From Ralstonia chuxiongensis (GTDB lineage: Bacteria > Pseudomonadota > Gammaproteobacteria > Burkholderiales > Burkholderiaceae): 24,000 bases of DNA. The position numbers and the translations under genes were made by a program. The notes below the pieces were generated by a model. That model had not been told where the DNA came from, made no database searches, and saw nothing but the letters and a program-made list of their open reading frames with translations. The stretch is taken from positions 523,919 to 547,918 of the forward strand of contig NZ_JAMYWC010000004.1 in the NCBI RefSeq assembly GCF_024158925.1, in the 5' to 3' direction. Shown in pieces: positions 1 to 9,522 of this stretch (position 1 is its first letter; each line of letters begins with the position of its first letter).

Positions 1-317
1 CCGATGGCCGCAGGTGTGAGGTCAATCATCAACACACCCAGCGCATTGAGCTTGCGGGAGTTCTCCGCATGCACATAGGCACTGGTGGCGTCGAAGGCAA
101 TCTGCACGCCGTCGGCCAGCACGTGCGGAAGCAGGCCGTCGACACCGTCTGCCGTGGTCTTGATGCCCATCTCGCGGGCACGCTTGAGCCCGTCGGATTC
201 CGGGTCGATGCCCACCATCCACACCGGATCCAGCACGGGGCTGCGTTGCAGTTTGGCCAGCAGATCGGTGCCAATGTTGCCGGGGCCGATCAGGGCGCAT
301 TTGATCTTTTGAGTCAT
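1..317 (-). CDS. dmpF: Acetaldehyde dehydrogenase (acetylating), N-terminal ~105 codons only; gene continues beyond the left edge
   Basis: Own translation of the reverse strand from ATG (complement of 315-317): [52 protein letters not shown]..., the N-terminal GxGxxG Rossmann signature typical of DmpF/XylQ/MhpF. GGAGA Shine-Dalgarno about 7 nt upstream. Absent from the ORF track because no stop lies in the window. Position after a 4-oxalocrotonate decarboxylase gene fits a meta-cleavage operon. Confidence 0.85.
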   Translation of the reverse strand, partial: MTQKIKCALIGPGNIGTDLLAKLQRSPVLDPVWMVGIDPESDGLKRAREMGIKTTADGVDGLLPHVLADGVQIAFDATSAYVHAENSRKLNALGVLMIDLTPAAI

Positions 318-354
318 GGTCGCGGTCTCCAATACGCAATGTTCAACTTGGCAT

Positions 355-1146
355 TCAATTCACGAAGCGCATCGACACGTTGCCCAGATCCTGGAAACGC
401 ACGCATACGCTGTCGCCCGCTGCCACCGCAATCGCCTCGGTCACGCCGCCGGTCATGATGAAGGTGCCAGCCGGGATCTCCTGGCCTCGTGCGCCGAGGT
501 GGTTGGCCATCATGGCCACGGCGGCCGCCGGGTGGCCAAGGACGGCAGCGCCCGCCGCCATGGCGACAGCGCGGCCATTCTTTTCCAGCACCACGCCCAG
601 TGTGCGCAGGTCCAGTTCCTCCAGATTGCGGGAACGGCCACCGACCACGAAGCGCGCGGCCGACGTGTTATCGGCAATCACGCTCTTGAGGTCGAACTTG
701 AAATCGCGGTAGCGGCTGTCAATGATCTCGACCGCCGGGATCACGAAATCAATGGCCGCCAGCACATTGCCGACATGGCAGCCCGGACCACGCAGCGCAG
801 CCTTGGTGACGATGCAGATCTCGGCTTCCACCTTGGGATGGATCAGCTCCGACATGCGAATTTCACTGCCCTCCGCACGGGCCATGTCCTCGCTCACGAA
901 GCCGAAGACCGGCGTTTCAACGCCCATTTGCTTCATCTTCGCGAACGAGGTCAGCCCCGCCTTCAAGCCGACGATCTTCAGCCCGCGCGCTTCCTTGCGC
1001 CGACGGATCTCGTCCTGGATGTCGTAGGCATCGGCCCAGTCCATGTCGGGGTATTCGTCGGTGATCTTGGTGATGTCGCGTACGTGCAGCTGCGCGGATT
1101 CCACATGCGCAGCCAGCGCTTCAATGGTTTGGCGATTCAGTGCCAT
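355..1146 (-). CDS. dmpH: 4-oxalocrotonate decarboxylase (2-oxo-3-hexenedioate decarboxylase), about 263 aa
   Basis: ORF 355..1236 translated. The region from [20 protein letters not shown]... onward resembles DmpH/XylI (MhpD/FAH-fold hydratase-decarboxylase family; [21 protein letters not shown] motifs). Start trimmed to ATG at 1146, which has a strong GAGGAGAA SD upstream and gives the family-typical length. Confidence 0.9.
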   Translation of the reverse strand: MALNRQTIEALAAHVESAQLHVRDITKITDEYPDMDWADAYDIQDEIRRRKEARGLKIVGLKAGLTSFAKMKQMGVETPVFGFVSEDMARAEGSEIRMSELIHPKVEAEICIVTKAALRGPGCHVGNVLAAIDFVIPAVEIIDSRYRDFKFDLKSVIADNTSAARFVVGGRSRNLEELDLRTLGVVLEKNGRAVAMAAGAAVLGHPAAAVAMMANHLGARGQEIPAGTFIMTGGVTEAIAVAAGDSVCVRFQDLGNVSMRFVN

Positions 1147-1177
1147 GGTGTATTTCTCCTCGATGCTCTGTTGGGTG

Positions 1178-1960
1178 TCAGATGAAGCGCACCGAGGTGC
1201 TACCGAGGCCGCCGACGCTGCAGTGAAGGCTGTCACCCGGCTTGACCGGCACGAGCGGCGATTGCGAACCCGACAGGATCACATCGCCGGCCTTGAGCGC
1301 GATACCGAGTCGCCCCAGCGTATTCGCCAGCCACGCCACAGCGTTCACAGGCGAGCCCTGGACGGAGGCGCCGCACGAGGTGCTCACGATCTCGCCGTTC
1401 TTCTCCAGCACCATGCCTGCCAGCGCCAGATCAAGATCGCGCGGGCTGCGGCGTGTCCCGCCTAGCGTGAAGACACCGCACGAGGCGTTGTCGGCCACGG
1501 TGTCCTGGATCTTGATCTTCCAGTCGCGGATGCGCGAATCGACAATCTCGAAACATGGCATCACGCAGTCGGTCGCGCGCAGCACGTCGGCCGCCGTCAC
1601 GCCGGGGCCGCACAGGTCGCGCGAGAGCACGAAGGCCACTTCGGCCTCCGCCTTCGGCGCGATCATCTTGCCGGTGTCGACCGGCTCGCCCTCGTTGAAG
1701 ACCATGCCCGAGAGCAGATGGCCGAAGTCGGGCTGGTTCACGCCAAGCATGTCCATCACGATCTGGCTTGTCACGCCGATCTTCTTGCCGATCACGGTTT
1801 CGCCGGCTTCGATGCGGCGGCTGATCATGCGCAGCTGGATCTGGTAGGCGTCGTCGATGGTGATGCCGGGTTCGCGGTCGGTCAGCGGCTCCACCGGTGT
1901 GCGCGAGCGCAGCGATTCGTAGAGCGCGTCGCCGTAGTGTTGGATCTTGAGGGCGTCCAT
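1178..1960 (-). CDS. dmpE: 2-oxopent-4-enoate (2-hydroxypenta-2,4-dienoate) hydratase, about 260 aa
   Basis: ORF 1178..2005. Sequence MDALKIQHYGDALYESLRSRTPVEPLT...VIGKKIGVTSQIVMDMLGVNQPDFGHL...PKAEAEVAFVL aligns by eye with DmpE/XylJ. The start at 1960 (second Met) matches the homolog N-termini. ATG at 2005 is the alternative and would overlap the upstream gene by 20 nt. Confidence 0.88.
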   Translation of the reverse strand: MDALKIQHYGDALYESLRSRTPVEPLTDREPGITIDDAYQIQLRMISRRIEAGETVIGKKIGVTSQIVMDMLGVNQPDFGHLLSGMVFNEGEPVDTGKMIAPKAEAEVAFVLSRDLCGPGVTAADVLRATDCVMPCFEIVDSRIRDWKIKIQDTVADNASCGVFTLGGTRRSPRDLDLALAGMVLEKNGEIVSTSCGASVQGSPVNAVAWLANTLGRLGIALKAGDVILSGSQSPLVPVKPGDSLHCSVGGLGSTSVRFI

Positions 1961-1985
1961 ATGAAGGTCTGCGTAAGAGAGTGGT

Positions 1986-2837
1986 TCAGGCGACTGCGCC
2001 GGCATCGGCTTCGGCCAGGAAGTTGTTCACGAGCTGGGCAAAACGGGCGCTGTGTTCGATCTGTGTCCAATGCCCGCAGTGGCCGAAGACGTGCAGCTGG
2101 CTATTGGGAATCCAGTCAGCCAGCGTGAGCGAGTTCGATACCGGGATCACCTGATCCTCCCGCCCGTGCAACACCAGTGTTTCGTGCGGCAGCGCGCGGA
2201 TGTCGGCTTCGGCGCTCGCCATGGCATCCACCCAGCGCTGCCGGGGTGCGGGGAACATGGCGGCATAGGATTCCTGCACACCCGGCACGATGGTGGCCTC
2301 GTAGCGTAGTTGCGCCAGTTCGTCGGTCACACGGCCGCGGTCGTAGGCAAACACGTCGAGCAGACCGCGCATGGCCGCCAGCGACGGTGTGTAGCCCCAC
2401 ACCGCATCCAGCGCCGGCGTGATGGCAAACGGCACGCCGACCGCGCCCATCAGCACCAGCCGCCGCACCCGCTCGGGCGCCCGGATCGCCAGCGCCAGTG
2501 ACAGCCCGCCGCCAAAGGAATTGCCGACCAGATCGACCTGCGGCAAGCCAAGGGCATCCAGCAGGTCGATGGCTTGCTGAACCCAAACGTCCATGTTGTA
2601 GACCTGCCCCGCGGGCCGGTCGCTCAGGCCGAAGCCCAGCATGTCGGGCGCAATCACGCGGCGCTGCCGGGCCAGCGCAGGCATGACCGGCCGCCAGTTG
2701 ACCCATGCGCTCACACCCGGGCCTGACCCGTGTATGAGCAGCACCGGTGCGCCCTGCCCGACATCGTGAACGTAGGTCTGAACCGCACCGGTGCGGACGT
2801 AGCGGGCATCCGCGCCTTCAAGGTTGATCGTGCTCAT
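1986..2837 (-). CDS. dmpD: 2-hydroxymuconic semialdehyde hydrolase (alpha/beta hydrolase), 283 aa
   Basis: ORF 1986..2972 trimmed to MSTINLEGADARYVRTGAVQTYVHDVGQGAPVLLIHGSGPGVSAW.... Has the HGSGPG oxyanion motif and the GNSFGG nucleophile elbow. Its ATG overlaps the stop of the upstream dehydrogenase (ATGA at 2834-2837). The length matches DmpD/XylF. Confidence 0.92.
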   Translation of the reverse strand: MSTINLEGADARYVRTGAVQTYVHDVGQGAPVLLIHGSGPGVSAWVNWRPVMPALARQRRVIAPDMLGFGLSDRPAGQVYNMDVWVQQAIDLLDALGLPQVDLVGNSFGGGLSLALAIRAPERVRRLVLMGAVGVPFAITPALDAVWGYTPSLAAMRGLLDVFAYDRGRVTDELAQLRYEATIVPGVQESYAAMFPAPRQRWVDAMASAEADIRALPHETLVLHGREDQVIPVSNSLTLADWIPNSQLHVFGHCGHWTQIEHSARFAQLVNNFLAEADAGAVA

Positions 2838-4288
2838 AGTTTCACCATCACGTTGCGCAGCTCGGTATAGAACTCCAGCGAATGCACGCCGCCTTCGCGG
2901 CCGATGCCAGATGCCTTCGCGCCGCCGAATGCCGTGCGCAGGTCGCGCAGGAACCAGCTGTTGATCCAGCACAGCCCCACCTCAACGGCGCGCGCCATGC
3001 GGTGCGCCGTGCCCAGGTTTTGCGTCCACACCGTGGTGGCCAGACCGTAGTCCGTGGCGTTCGCAAGCGCGATGGCTTCTTCCTCGGTATCGAATGGCGC
3101 AATGTGGCAGCAAGGGCCGAAGATTTCTTCGCGAATGACGCGGGCGCTCTCGGGCAAGCCTGTCCAGATGGTCGGCTGCACCCAATGGCCCTCGGCCAGC
3201 GCGGCAGGCATGTCGGGGGCACCGCCGCCAGTCACAACCGTGGCGCCCTCGGCCCGGGCCAGCTCGTAGTACGACATGACCTTTGCCTTGTGCTCGCCAG
3301 AGATCAACGGGCCCAGACCCACCCCCGGCTCTCCCGATGGCCCGATCTTCAACGCCTCAGCCTTCTCCTTGAGTGCTTGCACAAACTTGTCGAAGATCGG
3401 CCGTTGCACGTAGACGCGCTCGGTGCCCAGGCAGACCTGCCCGCAGTTCTCGAACGCACTGCGCGTAATGCCAGCGACGGCCTTGTCGAAGTCGGCATCG
3501 GCAAACACGATGCCCGCGTTTTTGCCGCCCAGCTCGAAACTCACCGGCCGCACGCCCTTGGCGGCTGCCGCCATGATGGCCTCGCCCGTGCGCGTCTCAC
3601 CTGTGAAGGTGATGCCGTTGACGCCGGGATGTCGCGTGAGGAACTCGCCCGCAGAGCCCGGCCCGAAGCCGTGCACGACGTTGTAGACACCCTTGGGAAT
3701 GCCCACATGCGCCATCACCTCGCCCAGCAGCGTGGCCGTGGCCGGTGTCTCTTCCGACGGTTTGACGATGACGGTGTTGCCGCAGGCCAGCGCCGGGCCG
3801 ACCTTCCACGTCATCAGCAGCAACGGCAGGTTCCACGGGCACACCACCGCCACCACGCCCAGCGGCGAGCGCAGCGCGTAGCTGACGGCCGTACCGCCAT
3901 CGGGCGTGGCCATCTCGAAACTCTCTGTGGGCACGTTCTTCACGATGTCGGCAAACACCTTGAAGTTGGCCGCGCCGCGCGGGATGTCGATGTGTGCCGC
4001 CAGGCTGCGCGGCTTGCCGGTATCGGCCAGCTCGGCTTCAAGAAAATCGTCGAAACGCCGGTTGATTTCGTCTGCCACCGCGTGCAGCAACTCGACGCGC
4101 TTGACCACGGTCATGCGGCCCCAGTCGCCATGCAGGGCAGCCTGTGCGGCGGCCACGGCGGCATCCACCTCGGCCTGCCCCGCCTCGTGAACCAGACCGA
4201 TCACACGGTTGTCCACCGGCGCACGGTTCTCGAACGTCTTGCTGGTGGCGACAAATTCGCCATTGATGAAATTGAGGAATTGCTTCAC
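2834..4288 (-). CDS. dmpC: 2-hydroxymuconic semialdehyde dehydrogenase (NAD+ aldehyde dehydrogenase), about 484 aa
   Basis: ORF 2834..4462. The aldehyde dehydrogenase core has ELGGKNA and FENCGQVCLGTER (catalytic Cys) motifs. The homolog-like N-terminus (V/M)KQFLNFINGEFV begins at GTG (complement of 4286-4288). The longer ORF extension would overlap the upstream DUF336 gene and is Arg/Cys-rich junk. Confidence 0.9.
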   Translation of the reverse strand: MKQFLNFINGEFVATSKTFENRAPVDNRVIGLVHEAGQAEVDAAVAAAQAALHGDWGRMTVVKRVELLHAVADEINRRFDDFLEAELADTGKPRSLAAHIDIPRGAANFKVFADIVKNVPTESFEMATPDGGTAVSYALRSPLGVVAVVCPWNLPLLLMTWKVGPALACGNTVIVKPSEETPATATLLGEVMAHVGIPKGVYNVVHGFGPGSAGEFLTRHPGVNGITFTGETRTGEAIMAAAAKGVRPVSFELGGKNAGIVFADADFDKAVAGITRSAFENCGQVCLGTERVYVQRPIFDKFVQALKEKAEALKIGPSGEPGVGLGPLISGEHKAKVMSYYELARAEGATVVTGGGAPDMPAALAEGHWVQPTIWTGLPESARVIREEIFGPCCHIAPFDTEEEAIALANATDYGLATTVWTQNLGTAHRMARAVEVGLCWINSWFLRDLRTAFGGAKASGIGREGGVHSLEFYTELRNVMVKL

Positions 4289-4337
4289 GGTTGGATTCCC
4301 GAAACAAACGGTTCTTCTTTTGGTTGAGGAGAGCTCT

Positions 4338-4790
4338 TCATGACAGGCCGATCGCGTGCAGCCCTGCGCGGGCACACGCCTCATCCTGCTCAGCCGAGCC
4401 GCCAGACACGCCAATGCCACCGATGCGCTCGCCCGCCTCGATGATCGGCAGGCCACCGCCAAAGATCACAAGGCGCGGGCGCTCGGCCAGCCCCAGGCGC
4501 AGCATTTCATCGCCGGCCAGCAAGTCACCCCACTGCGCGGTGGGAAAACCGAAGCTGGCCGCCGTATAGGCCTTGTCGATGGCAATGTCGATCGAGTGCA
4601 GAAACGCGCCCGACATGCGCGCAAAAGCCACGAGCGTGCCGCCGCCATCGACCACGGCCACGTTGATGCACAGGCCCTGCGCCTGCGCCGACTCCACCGC
4701 CGCCGCAACGGCAGCCTGGGCCGCGGGGAGCGTGATCTGGCTGCGTACCTCGCTGAGGAAGGTGGCGTCGTGTGCAGTACGTGTGGACAT
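4338..4790 (-). CDS. GlcG/HbpS-like DUF336 family protein (putative heme-binding), 150 aa
   Basis: Translation MSTRTAHDATFLSEVRSQITLPAAQAAVAAAVESAQAQGLCINVAVVDGGGTLVAFARMSGAFLHSIDIAIDKAYTAASF...GGGLPI...GGIGVSGGSAEQDEACA carries the hallmark DUF336 pattern (VAVVD.GG, ...A.TAA.F, GG.PI, G.IGVSG....D). High GC3. Embedded in-operon between C23O and HMSD. No obvious SD, so the exact start is less certain. Confidence 0.8.
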   Translation of the reverse strand: MSTRTAHDATFLSEVRSQITLPAAQAAVAAAVESAQAQGLCINVAVVDGGGTLVAFARMSGAFLHSIDIAIDKAYTAASFGFPTAQWGDLLAGDEMLRLGLAERPRLVIFGGGLPIIEAGERIGGIGVSGGSAEQDEACARAGLHAIGLS

Positions 4791-4848
4791 GGCAAGACGG
4801 GACGTGGAAATGGCGGTTCAGGCGGCTCGGCAAACAGGCTCGGACAGA

Positions 4849-5793
4849 TCAGGTGTAGACATCGGTGAACGACGGCACCGCTTCACCCGTGTGGTAGAAG
4901 ATGCCGGTCCACAGCTTGTCTTCGCTCCACGTGGTGACGGGGCGATCTGGCTGCGCGAGGTAGCCCAGTCCAGCGAACGTCTCGTTGCGGTTACCGCTGG
5001 GGTCGAAGAAGTAGATCGTTTCCCCGCGCGTGATGCCATGACGCGTGGGCGCCACGTCGATCTTGGTCTGGTTCTTGGCCATGACGTCTGCAGCCTTGAG
5101 CACGTCGTGCCATGAATCCAGGAAGAAGGCGATGTGGTGCAGGCCACTGCGCGGACCACCGACGAACGCGATGTCGTGCGGCGTGGTGCTGCGGGCCAGC
5201 CATGCGGCAGCCTGTACGGCGCCGCCCGGGCCGACGACGACCTGCTCCGTCAGGAAGAAGCCCAGCACCTCCTGCATGAACCGCGTGTTTTCGGCAACCG
5301 TGTTGATGCCAGCTTCCGGATTCAGCTCGCACATCAGCAGGGCATGATCCAGCCAGTGCACGCCCGCGCCCTTCAGGTTGTCCGGCCACGGGTCGGGGTT
5401 GAGACTGCCCACCTCGGTGCCGACCACCTCCTTCATTGCATAGAGCCGCATCTCGTGGCCGCTCGGCAGATTGAACTGCAGCATGCGGCCGGTGGCCGGC
5501 AGCGAGCCCTCTGGCAGCATCACCGTCTTGAGGCCCCACGCTTCAATCTTCGCCTGCAGTTCGTCGAGGTCGGCGTCCTTCTCTACCTTGTAGGCGAGAT
5601 GGTTGAGGCCTGCCTGGTCCGACGGTGTGAGGATGAGCGAGTATTTGTCCCACTCGTCCCAGCACTTGAAGTAGACGTTGCCGGCGTTGTCCTGCATCGT
5701 CACCTTCAGGCCGAGCACGTTTTCGTAGTGCCGAACGGCGGCGGCCATGTCCATCACCTTTAGGCTGGCATGCCCGATTCGTAGAACACCCAT
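4849..5793 (-). CDS. dmpB: Catechol 2,3-dioxygenase (extradiol, type I), 314 aa
   Basis: ORF 4849..5820 trimmed to [30 protein letters not shown]... with an AGGAGA SD 5 nt upstream of the ATG at 5793. Two vicinal-oxygen-chelate repeats and a C-terminal ...GIFYHTGE...FTDVYT as in XylE/DmpB/TbuE-type enzymes. Confidence 0.93.
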   Translation of the reverse strand: MGVLRIGHASLKVMDMAAAVRHYENVLGLKVTMQDNAGNVYFKCWDEWDKYSLILTPSDQAGLNHLAYKVEKDADLDELQAKIEAWGLKTVMLPEGSLPATGRMLQFNLPSGHEMRLYAMKEVVGTEVGSLNPDPWPDNLKGAGVHWLDHALLMCELNPEAGINTVAENTRFMQEVLGFFLTEQVVVGPGGAVQAAAWLARSTTPHDIAFVGGPRSGLHHIAFFLDSWHDVLKAADVMAKNQTKIDVAPTRHGITRGETIYFFDPSGNRNETFAGLGYLAQPDRPVTTWSEDKLWTGIFYHTGEAVPSFTDVYT

Positions 5794-5816
5794 GCTTGTC
5801 TCCTGGTTGATCAAAC

Positions 5817-6182
5817 TCACTGCGGTTTTTTGTCGGACTGCGCCCCCGCAGATGCGGCGAAGCCTCTGGAAAACGGTTTTTCAAATCTGCCCAGTACAGC
5901 CAGCCTGACGGCGGTCAGCGGTGCTTCACGGCACGCCAACGTCACGCCCTGCGCTTCTTCGTCTGCGCTGACGTGGGCACGGCTGAGCGGCCCCAGGCGC
6001 ACGGTGCTGCCTTCAAGCACGCGCACCTTGCACACCCCGCAGCCGCCATTGACACAGCCCACGGGAATGCCCTTGCGCCCGAGGCGCAACATGCCCGTCA
6101 GCAAGCTCTCGGTGGTGGCGCATGGGTAGTGCTCCTGGGTCTGTTCCACGCACACATCCACCTTGGGTCGGGTATCCAGCAT
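5817..6182 (-). CDS. dmpQ: Plant-type [2Fe-2S] ferredoxin, XylT/DmpQ-like (C23O reactivation)
   Basis: 121 aa with the Cys cluster [17 protein letters not shown]...LACR. AAGGAG SD upstream. Sits between the hydroxylase reductase and C23O, exactly as dmpQ/xylT/tbuW do. Confidence 0.85.
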   Translation of the reverse strand: MLDTRPKVDVCVEQTQEHYPCATTESLLTGMLRLGRKGIPVGCVNGGCGVCKVRVLEGSTVRLGPLSRAHVSADEEAQGVTLACREAPLTAVRLAVLGRFEKPFSRGFAASAGAQSDKKPQ

Positions 6183-6197
6183 TGCGTGGCACTCCTT

Positions 6198-7262
6198 TCA
6201 AACCCGCTTGAACAGCGGGCTGCGCTGCGCGTTGGCATCGGCAGCCGAGAGGAACTTCTCGGTGTAGATGTCATCCTCGAACAGCCGGCCCTGCATGAGC
6301 GCGCCGATGGCAGCCTCCACCATCGGCGGCGGCCCGCACAGATACGCCTTGTGCCCCGAGAACTGCCCGTTGAAATGCACCTTGGCAGCGTCGTGGGCAA
6401 AGCCGCGCGCACCGTCCCAGGCGCTCCCCTCGGCTTCGTTCGACAGCACCGGCACGTAGTGGAAGTTCGGGTGGCGATTGGCCAGGGCAACAAACTCATC
6501 GTGGCCGTACAGCTCTTCACGACTGCGTTGTCCATTGACCAGCGTGATGGGCAACGTGCAGCCCTGTTCCAGCAGATCAAGGATCATCGACCGCGGGCTG
6601 GACAGACCCGAACCACCTGCGACGAACAGCATCGGCTTGGCCGCTGACTGCCGCACGAAGAACCGGCCGTACGGGCCCGTCACGTGCAGCGTGTCTCCTG
6701 CACCAACTTGCTCGTGCAGCACGCCGGTTCCGGCGCCGCCTGGGACGCGGCGCACCTGCAGCTCGATCTCGCCCGTGCTTGCCACATTGCTGGGCGAATT
6801 GGCGATCGAGAAGGCACGCCGTTGACCGAGCCCTGGAATCTCCACCATCACGTACTGGCCAGCCTGGAAGTCGATCGGCTGGTCGAGCTTCAGGCGCAGC
6901 CCCTTGATGGTGGGCGTGAGGGCTTCAACGCGCGTGACCGTCGCCACAAAATCCCGCACGGGAATGACACGCGCGTCCGGCTCGTCGTCTACATCAGCCT
7001 CGATGCAGACGTCGCTCAGCGCGGTGGCGCAACACGCCAGCGTCTTCCCTTCTTCACGCTCGATATCCATGAGCGCGAAGGGATTGGCTGGGCCGTGGTC
7101 CACCTCGCCGTGCGTGACCTGCACCTTGCACGTACCGCACAGTCCGTGGCCGCACGCATGCGGGATGTACACCCCCGAGCGCAACGCGGCGTCGAGCAGG
7201 GTCTGGCCCTCGGCCACGTCCAGCGTGGCGCCAATGGGCTCGATGGTGAGTTGATTACACAT
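6198..7262 (-). CDS. dmpP: Phenol hydroxylase reductase component (2Fe-2S / FAD / NADH), 354 aa
   Basis: N-terminal ferredoxin motif CGHGLCGTCKV, FAD motif RAFSIAN, NAD motif AGGSGLSSP, C-terminal YLCGPPPM. Length and order match DmpP. Confidence 0.93.
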   Translation of the reverse strand: MCNQLTIEPIGATLDVAEGQTLLDAALRSGVYIPHACGHGLCGTCKVQVTHGEVDHGPANPFALMDIEREEGKTLACCATALSDVCIEADVDDEPDARVIPVRDFVATVTRVEALTPTIKGLRLKLDQPIDFQAGQYVMVEIPGLGQRRAFSIANSPSNVASTGEIELQVRRVPGGAGTGVLHEQVGAGDTLHVTGPYGRFFVRQSAAKPMLFVAGGSGLSSPRSMILDLLEQGCTLPITLVNGQRSREELYGHDEFVALANRHPNFHYVPVLSNEAEGSAWDGARGFAHDAAKVHFNGQFSGHKAYLCGPPPMVEAAIGALMQGRLFEDDIYTEKFLSAADANAQRSPLFKRV

Positions 7263-7265
7263 GGC

Positions 7266-7631
7266 TTAACTGCAGGAACCGTTGATGCCGGTGAGGCCCG
7301 GCGTACGAAAACGGATCACGTCCTTGTGGCCCAGACCGTTCTCGGCCAACGACTTGGCCGCATCGGGCGTCCAGGGCTCACCGGACTTGAACCACTGGGC
7401 TGCGCTCCAGTCGATGCGCGCGAAGTCCGGATGCTCGGCGTAGATGCCTGGCAGCACCTGGCTCATCAGCGCACCGAACGGCATGTCGGGCGGCAGCGGC
7501 AGGCAGACCGGCGCGCTGAACATCAGGTGGTCTTCCCACCCGATGTAGAGCAGCGGCGCAGGAAAGTTCTCGCGCACGTCCTTCATCGGAAACTTGTAGG
7601 GCGCGGCTTTCGGATTGGTCACGACGCTCAT
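7266..7631 (-). CDS. dmpO: Phenol hydroxylase gamma (small) subunit, 121 aa
   Basis: Size, position between the alpha subunit and the reductase, an ATGA start/stop overlap with the upstream gene (7628-7631), and high GC3. Sequence MSVVTNPKAAPYKFPMKDVRENFP...YIGWEDHLMF resembles the DmpO/PhhO family. Confidence 0.85.
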   Translation of the reverse strand: MSVVTNPKAAPYKFPMKDVRENFPAPLLYIGWEDHLMFSAPVCLPLPPDMPFGALMSQVLPGIYAEHPDFARIDWSAAQWFKSGEPWTPDAAKSLAENGLGHKDVIRFRTPGLTGINGSCS

Positions 7632-9172
7632 GCTGTTTCTCCCGTCCAGGCGGCGAAGTTCTTCTGGTCTTCCGAGCCTTCGAAGTCGAAGTTGTCACGT
7701 CCGACGTTCATCTCGTAGTACTTGAGCACCGCCATCAACGGGTCGAACCCTTCGGCGGTCGGGTCCGTGCCCTCGGGGAAGCAATGACCTTGGTAGACCT
7801 GGTGCACAGGCAGCCAGCTCTGCACATACTTCTCGGGTTCGTCGTCGAAGATGTGTTTGCAGTGGTCCGAGCAGAAGTGATACTTGTTGCCGAAGTAGTC
7901 GCTCTCGCGATAGGCGATCTTGGTGGCGTCGCCCGGCTCGGTGAAGAACATCGGCACCTGGCAGGTCGTGCACAGCATCGGCAACGTCTTGTTGTAGAAG
8001 CGCCGTCCTTCCTCGGCCCGCTCGCGCCAGAATTCAAAGCGCGGGCGATAGAGCTTGTCGAAGGAGTCCGGATACTTCTGCGCGAGCCACTGCATCTCGT
8101 CCTCGTTCGGAATCCACGTGTGGAACGGTGCGGCCGCGCCGTAGTTGTAGAACGTGGCCCACGCCTGGTGGCTGATGTGGTCCTTGCCTTCGCACGCGTC
8201 CTTCCAGCCCGCCGGCTCGCGGATGCCATAGCGCGCCAGGTCCTTGAAGAGCGCGCCACCGTTGCCCTCGGCGTACATCTCCCAGGCCTCCTTCCAGCTC
8301 ATCACGCGCTTGGGCAGCATGTAGTCCTGCATCATCGCGACGATGGTCAGCAGCCGGTAGCCGCGCCAGAACCACTTGTCGATCCAGCGCTGAACGATGG
8401 GCACGTTGTCGGGATCCTGCTCCAGCATGAACTTGATGCATTCGATGCCCAGCGTCATGTGGCGCGACTCATCGGACTGCGCAGAGAAGCCGAAGGTGAC
8501 GGTGCTCATGTCGCCGTTGTGCGCGGCGCCGGACATGAACGGCACGAACAACAGGTTGGTCAGCACGTATTCGAACGAGAAGCTGACCGCTGTCAGGAAC
8601 TCGAACGGACCGGCCGTGCATGCGTCTTCGAAGAACGACTTCGGCACCGACAGGTACCAGACACGGTCGAACCAGTGGTTCGGGCTGTGCATGCCGTTGA
8701 AGTACTTGTTGTAGTGCGAGATCGCATGCGTCTCGGTCTGGTAGTGGCGCAGTTCGTCGATGGACTGCATCTGCGCAGCCACGCGCGCACCTTCGCCCGT
8801 GAACTGACGGCCCACGTGGGCAAACCCACGGTGCGCGTTGTATTCCAGTGGCGTGACGCCCTGGATGAACAGCTTGAGCGCATTGACGTAGCGCGCATCG
8901 CTGATGCCGAGCTGACCGTTGTTCTGCGCAAAAGCCTCAATCACGGCGTAGAGCTTCTTTTCCTTCTCGCCCTGATACTTCCAGTACGCATCCATGGTCA
9001 GGCGGAACGGGTCTTGCCACTTGTCCCAGTCGTGGATCTTGATCCCTTCGTAGGTGTCGTACGGAAAGACCTTGTCCATCGGCTGATAGGTGGTTTCCCA
9101 ACCGAGGCCGCGCGTCATGGCGGCGTAACGCTCTTTCAGGCCAAGCTTCTTCTTGGCAACACGGGTGTCCAT
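7628..9172 (-). CDS. dmpN: Phenol hydroxylase alpha (large, diiron) subunit, 514 aa
   Basis: Two diiron ligand motifs, SIDELRHYQ and QSDESRHMTLG, plus the C-terminal Cys cluster (CTTCQ...FCSDHCKHIF) typical of DmpN-type subunits. GAGGAGA SD upstream. Confidence 0.95.
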   Translation of the reverse strand: MDTRVAKKKLGLKERYAAMTRGLGWETTYQPMDKVFPYDTYEGIKIHDWDKWQDPFRLTMDAYWKYQGEKEKKLYAVIEAFAQNNGQLGISDARYVNALKLFIQGVTPLEYNAHRGFAHVGRQFTGEGARVAAQMQSIDELRHYQTETHAISHYNKYFNGMHSPNHWFDRVWYLSVPKSFFEDACTAGPFEFLTAVSFSFEYVLTNLLFVPFMSGAAHNGDMSTVTFGFSAQSDESRHMTLGIECIKFMLEQDPDNVPIVQRWIDKWFWRGYRLLTIVAMMQDYMLPKRVMSWKEAWEMYAEGNGGALFKDLARYGIREPAGWKDACEGKDHISHQAWATFYNYGAAAPFHTWIPNEDEMQWLAQKYPDSFDKLYRPRFEFWRERAEEGRRFYNKTLPMLCTTCQVPMFFTEPGDATKIAYRESDYFGNKYHFCSDHCKHIFDDEPEKYVQSWLPVHQVYQGHCFPEGTDPTAEGFDPLMAVLKYYEMNVGRDNFDFEGSEDQKNFAAWTGETA

Positions 9173-9217
9173 CGGGTGTCTCCTCTCGTATGTGTAGGTG
9201 TGCGAGGTCTTGCGTGT

Positions 9218-9487
9218 TCAGTGCTGCCAGCTCAGCGTCAACTGATCGTCGTCTTCGTCGATGTGGCCCGAGAGCGTGACGAGGTTGACGTGCAGTTGCT
9301 GAAGGTCGAAGGGCCGGCCTGTCTGCTCTTCGATGGTTTCGCGGCGGATGGTCAGGCGCCCTGGGGCGTCGATCTTGACCAGGCCAGTCGGGTAGGTGAC
9401 GACGGCCTCCGGGTTGTCGGTCACGATGGCCTCGATCACAGGGCGCGACTCCTCGTTGGCCTGGAAGGCAATAAAGACTTGAGACAT
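9218..9487 (-). CDS. dmpM: Phenol hydroxylase regulatory/effector protein (MmoB/DmpM family), 89 aa
   Basis: MSQVFIAFQANEESRPVIEAIVTDNPEAVV...RRETIEEQTGRPFDLQQL...HIDEDDDQLTLSW aligns with DmpM. Start moved to the ATG at 9487, which has a GAGGAAA SD; the track ORF begins 5 codons earlier, inside that SD. Confidence 0.9.
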   Translation of the reverse strand: MSQVFIAFQANEESRPVIEAIVTDNPEAVVTYPTGLVKIDAPGRLTIRRETIEEQTGRPFDLQQLHVNLVTLSGHIDEDDDQLTLSWQH

Positions 9488-9522
9488 GGGTTTCCTCTGC
9501 AAGCAATCGGAAGACGTGGAGT

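Noticed and set aside
355-4288. Meta-pathway gene order (hydratase, then decarboxylase, then acetaldehyde dehydrogenase) differs from the Pseudomonas dmp/xyl order
   Set aside because: This arrangement is, to my knowledge, common in betaproteobacterial meta-cleavage operons, so it is not evidence of novelty or rearrangement.
2882-4327. 481-aa plus-strand ORF, plus 316..1185, 6684..7718 and 9595..10632 on the plus strand
   Set aside because: These are shadow ORFs opposite the HMSD, 4OD, reductase/gamma and beta-subunit genes. Same reasoning as for the other antisense ORFs.
6187-6201. TGGCAC-tcctt-TCAA on the plus strand, superficially like a -24 element
   Set aside because: It has no GC dinucleotide at the -12 position, points against a minus-strand operon with no plus-strand gene downstream, and overlaps the SD and start region of the ferredoxin gene.
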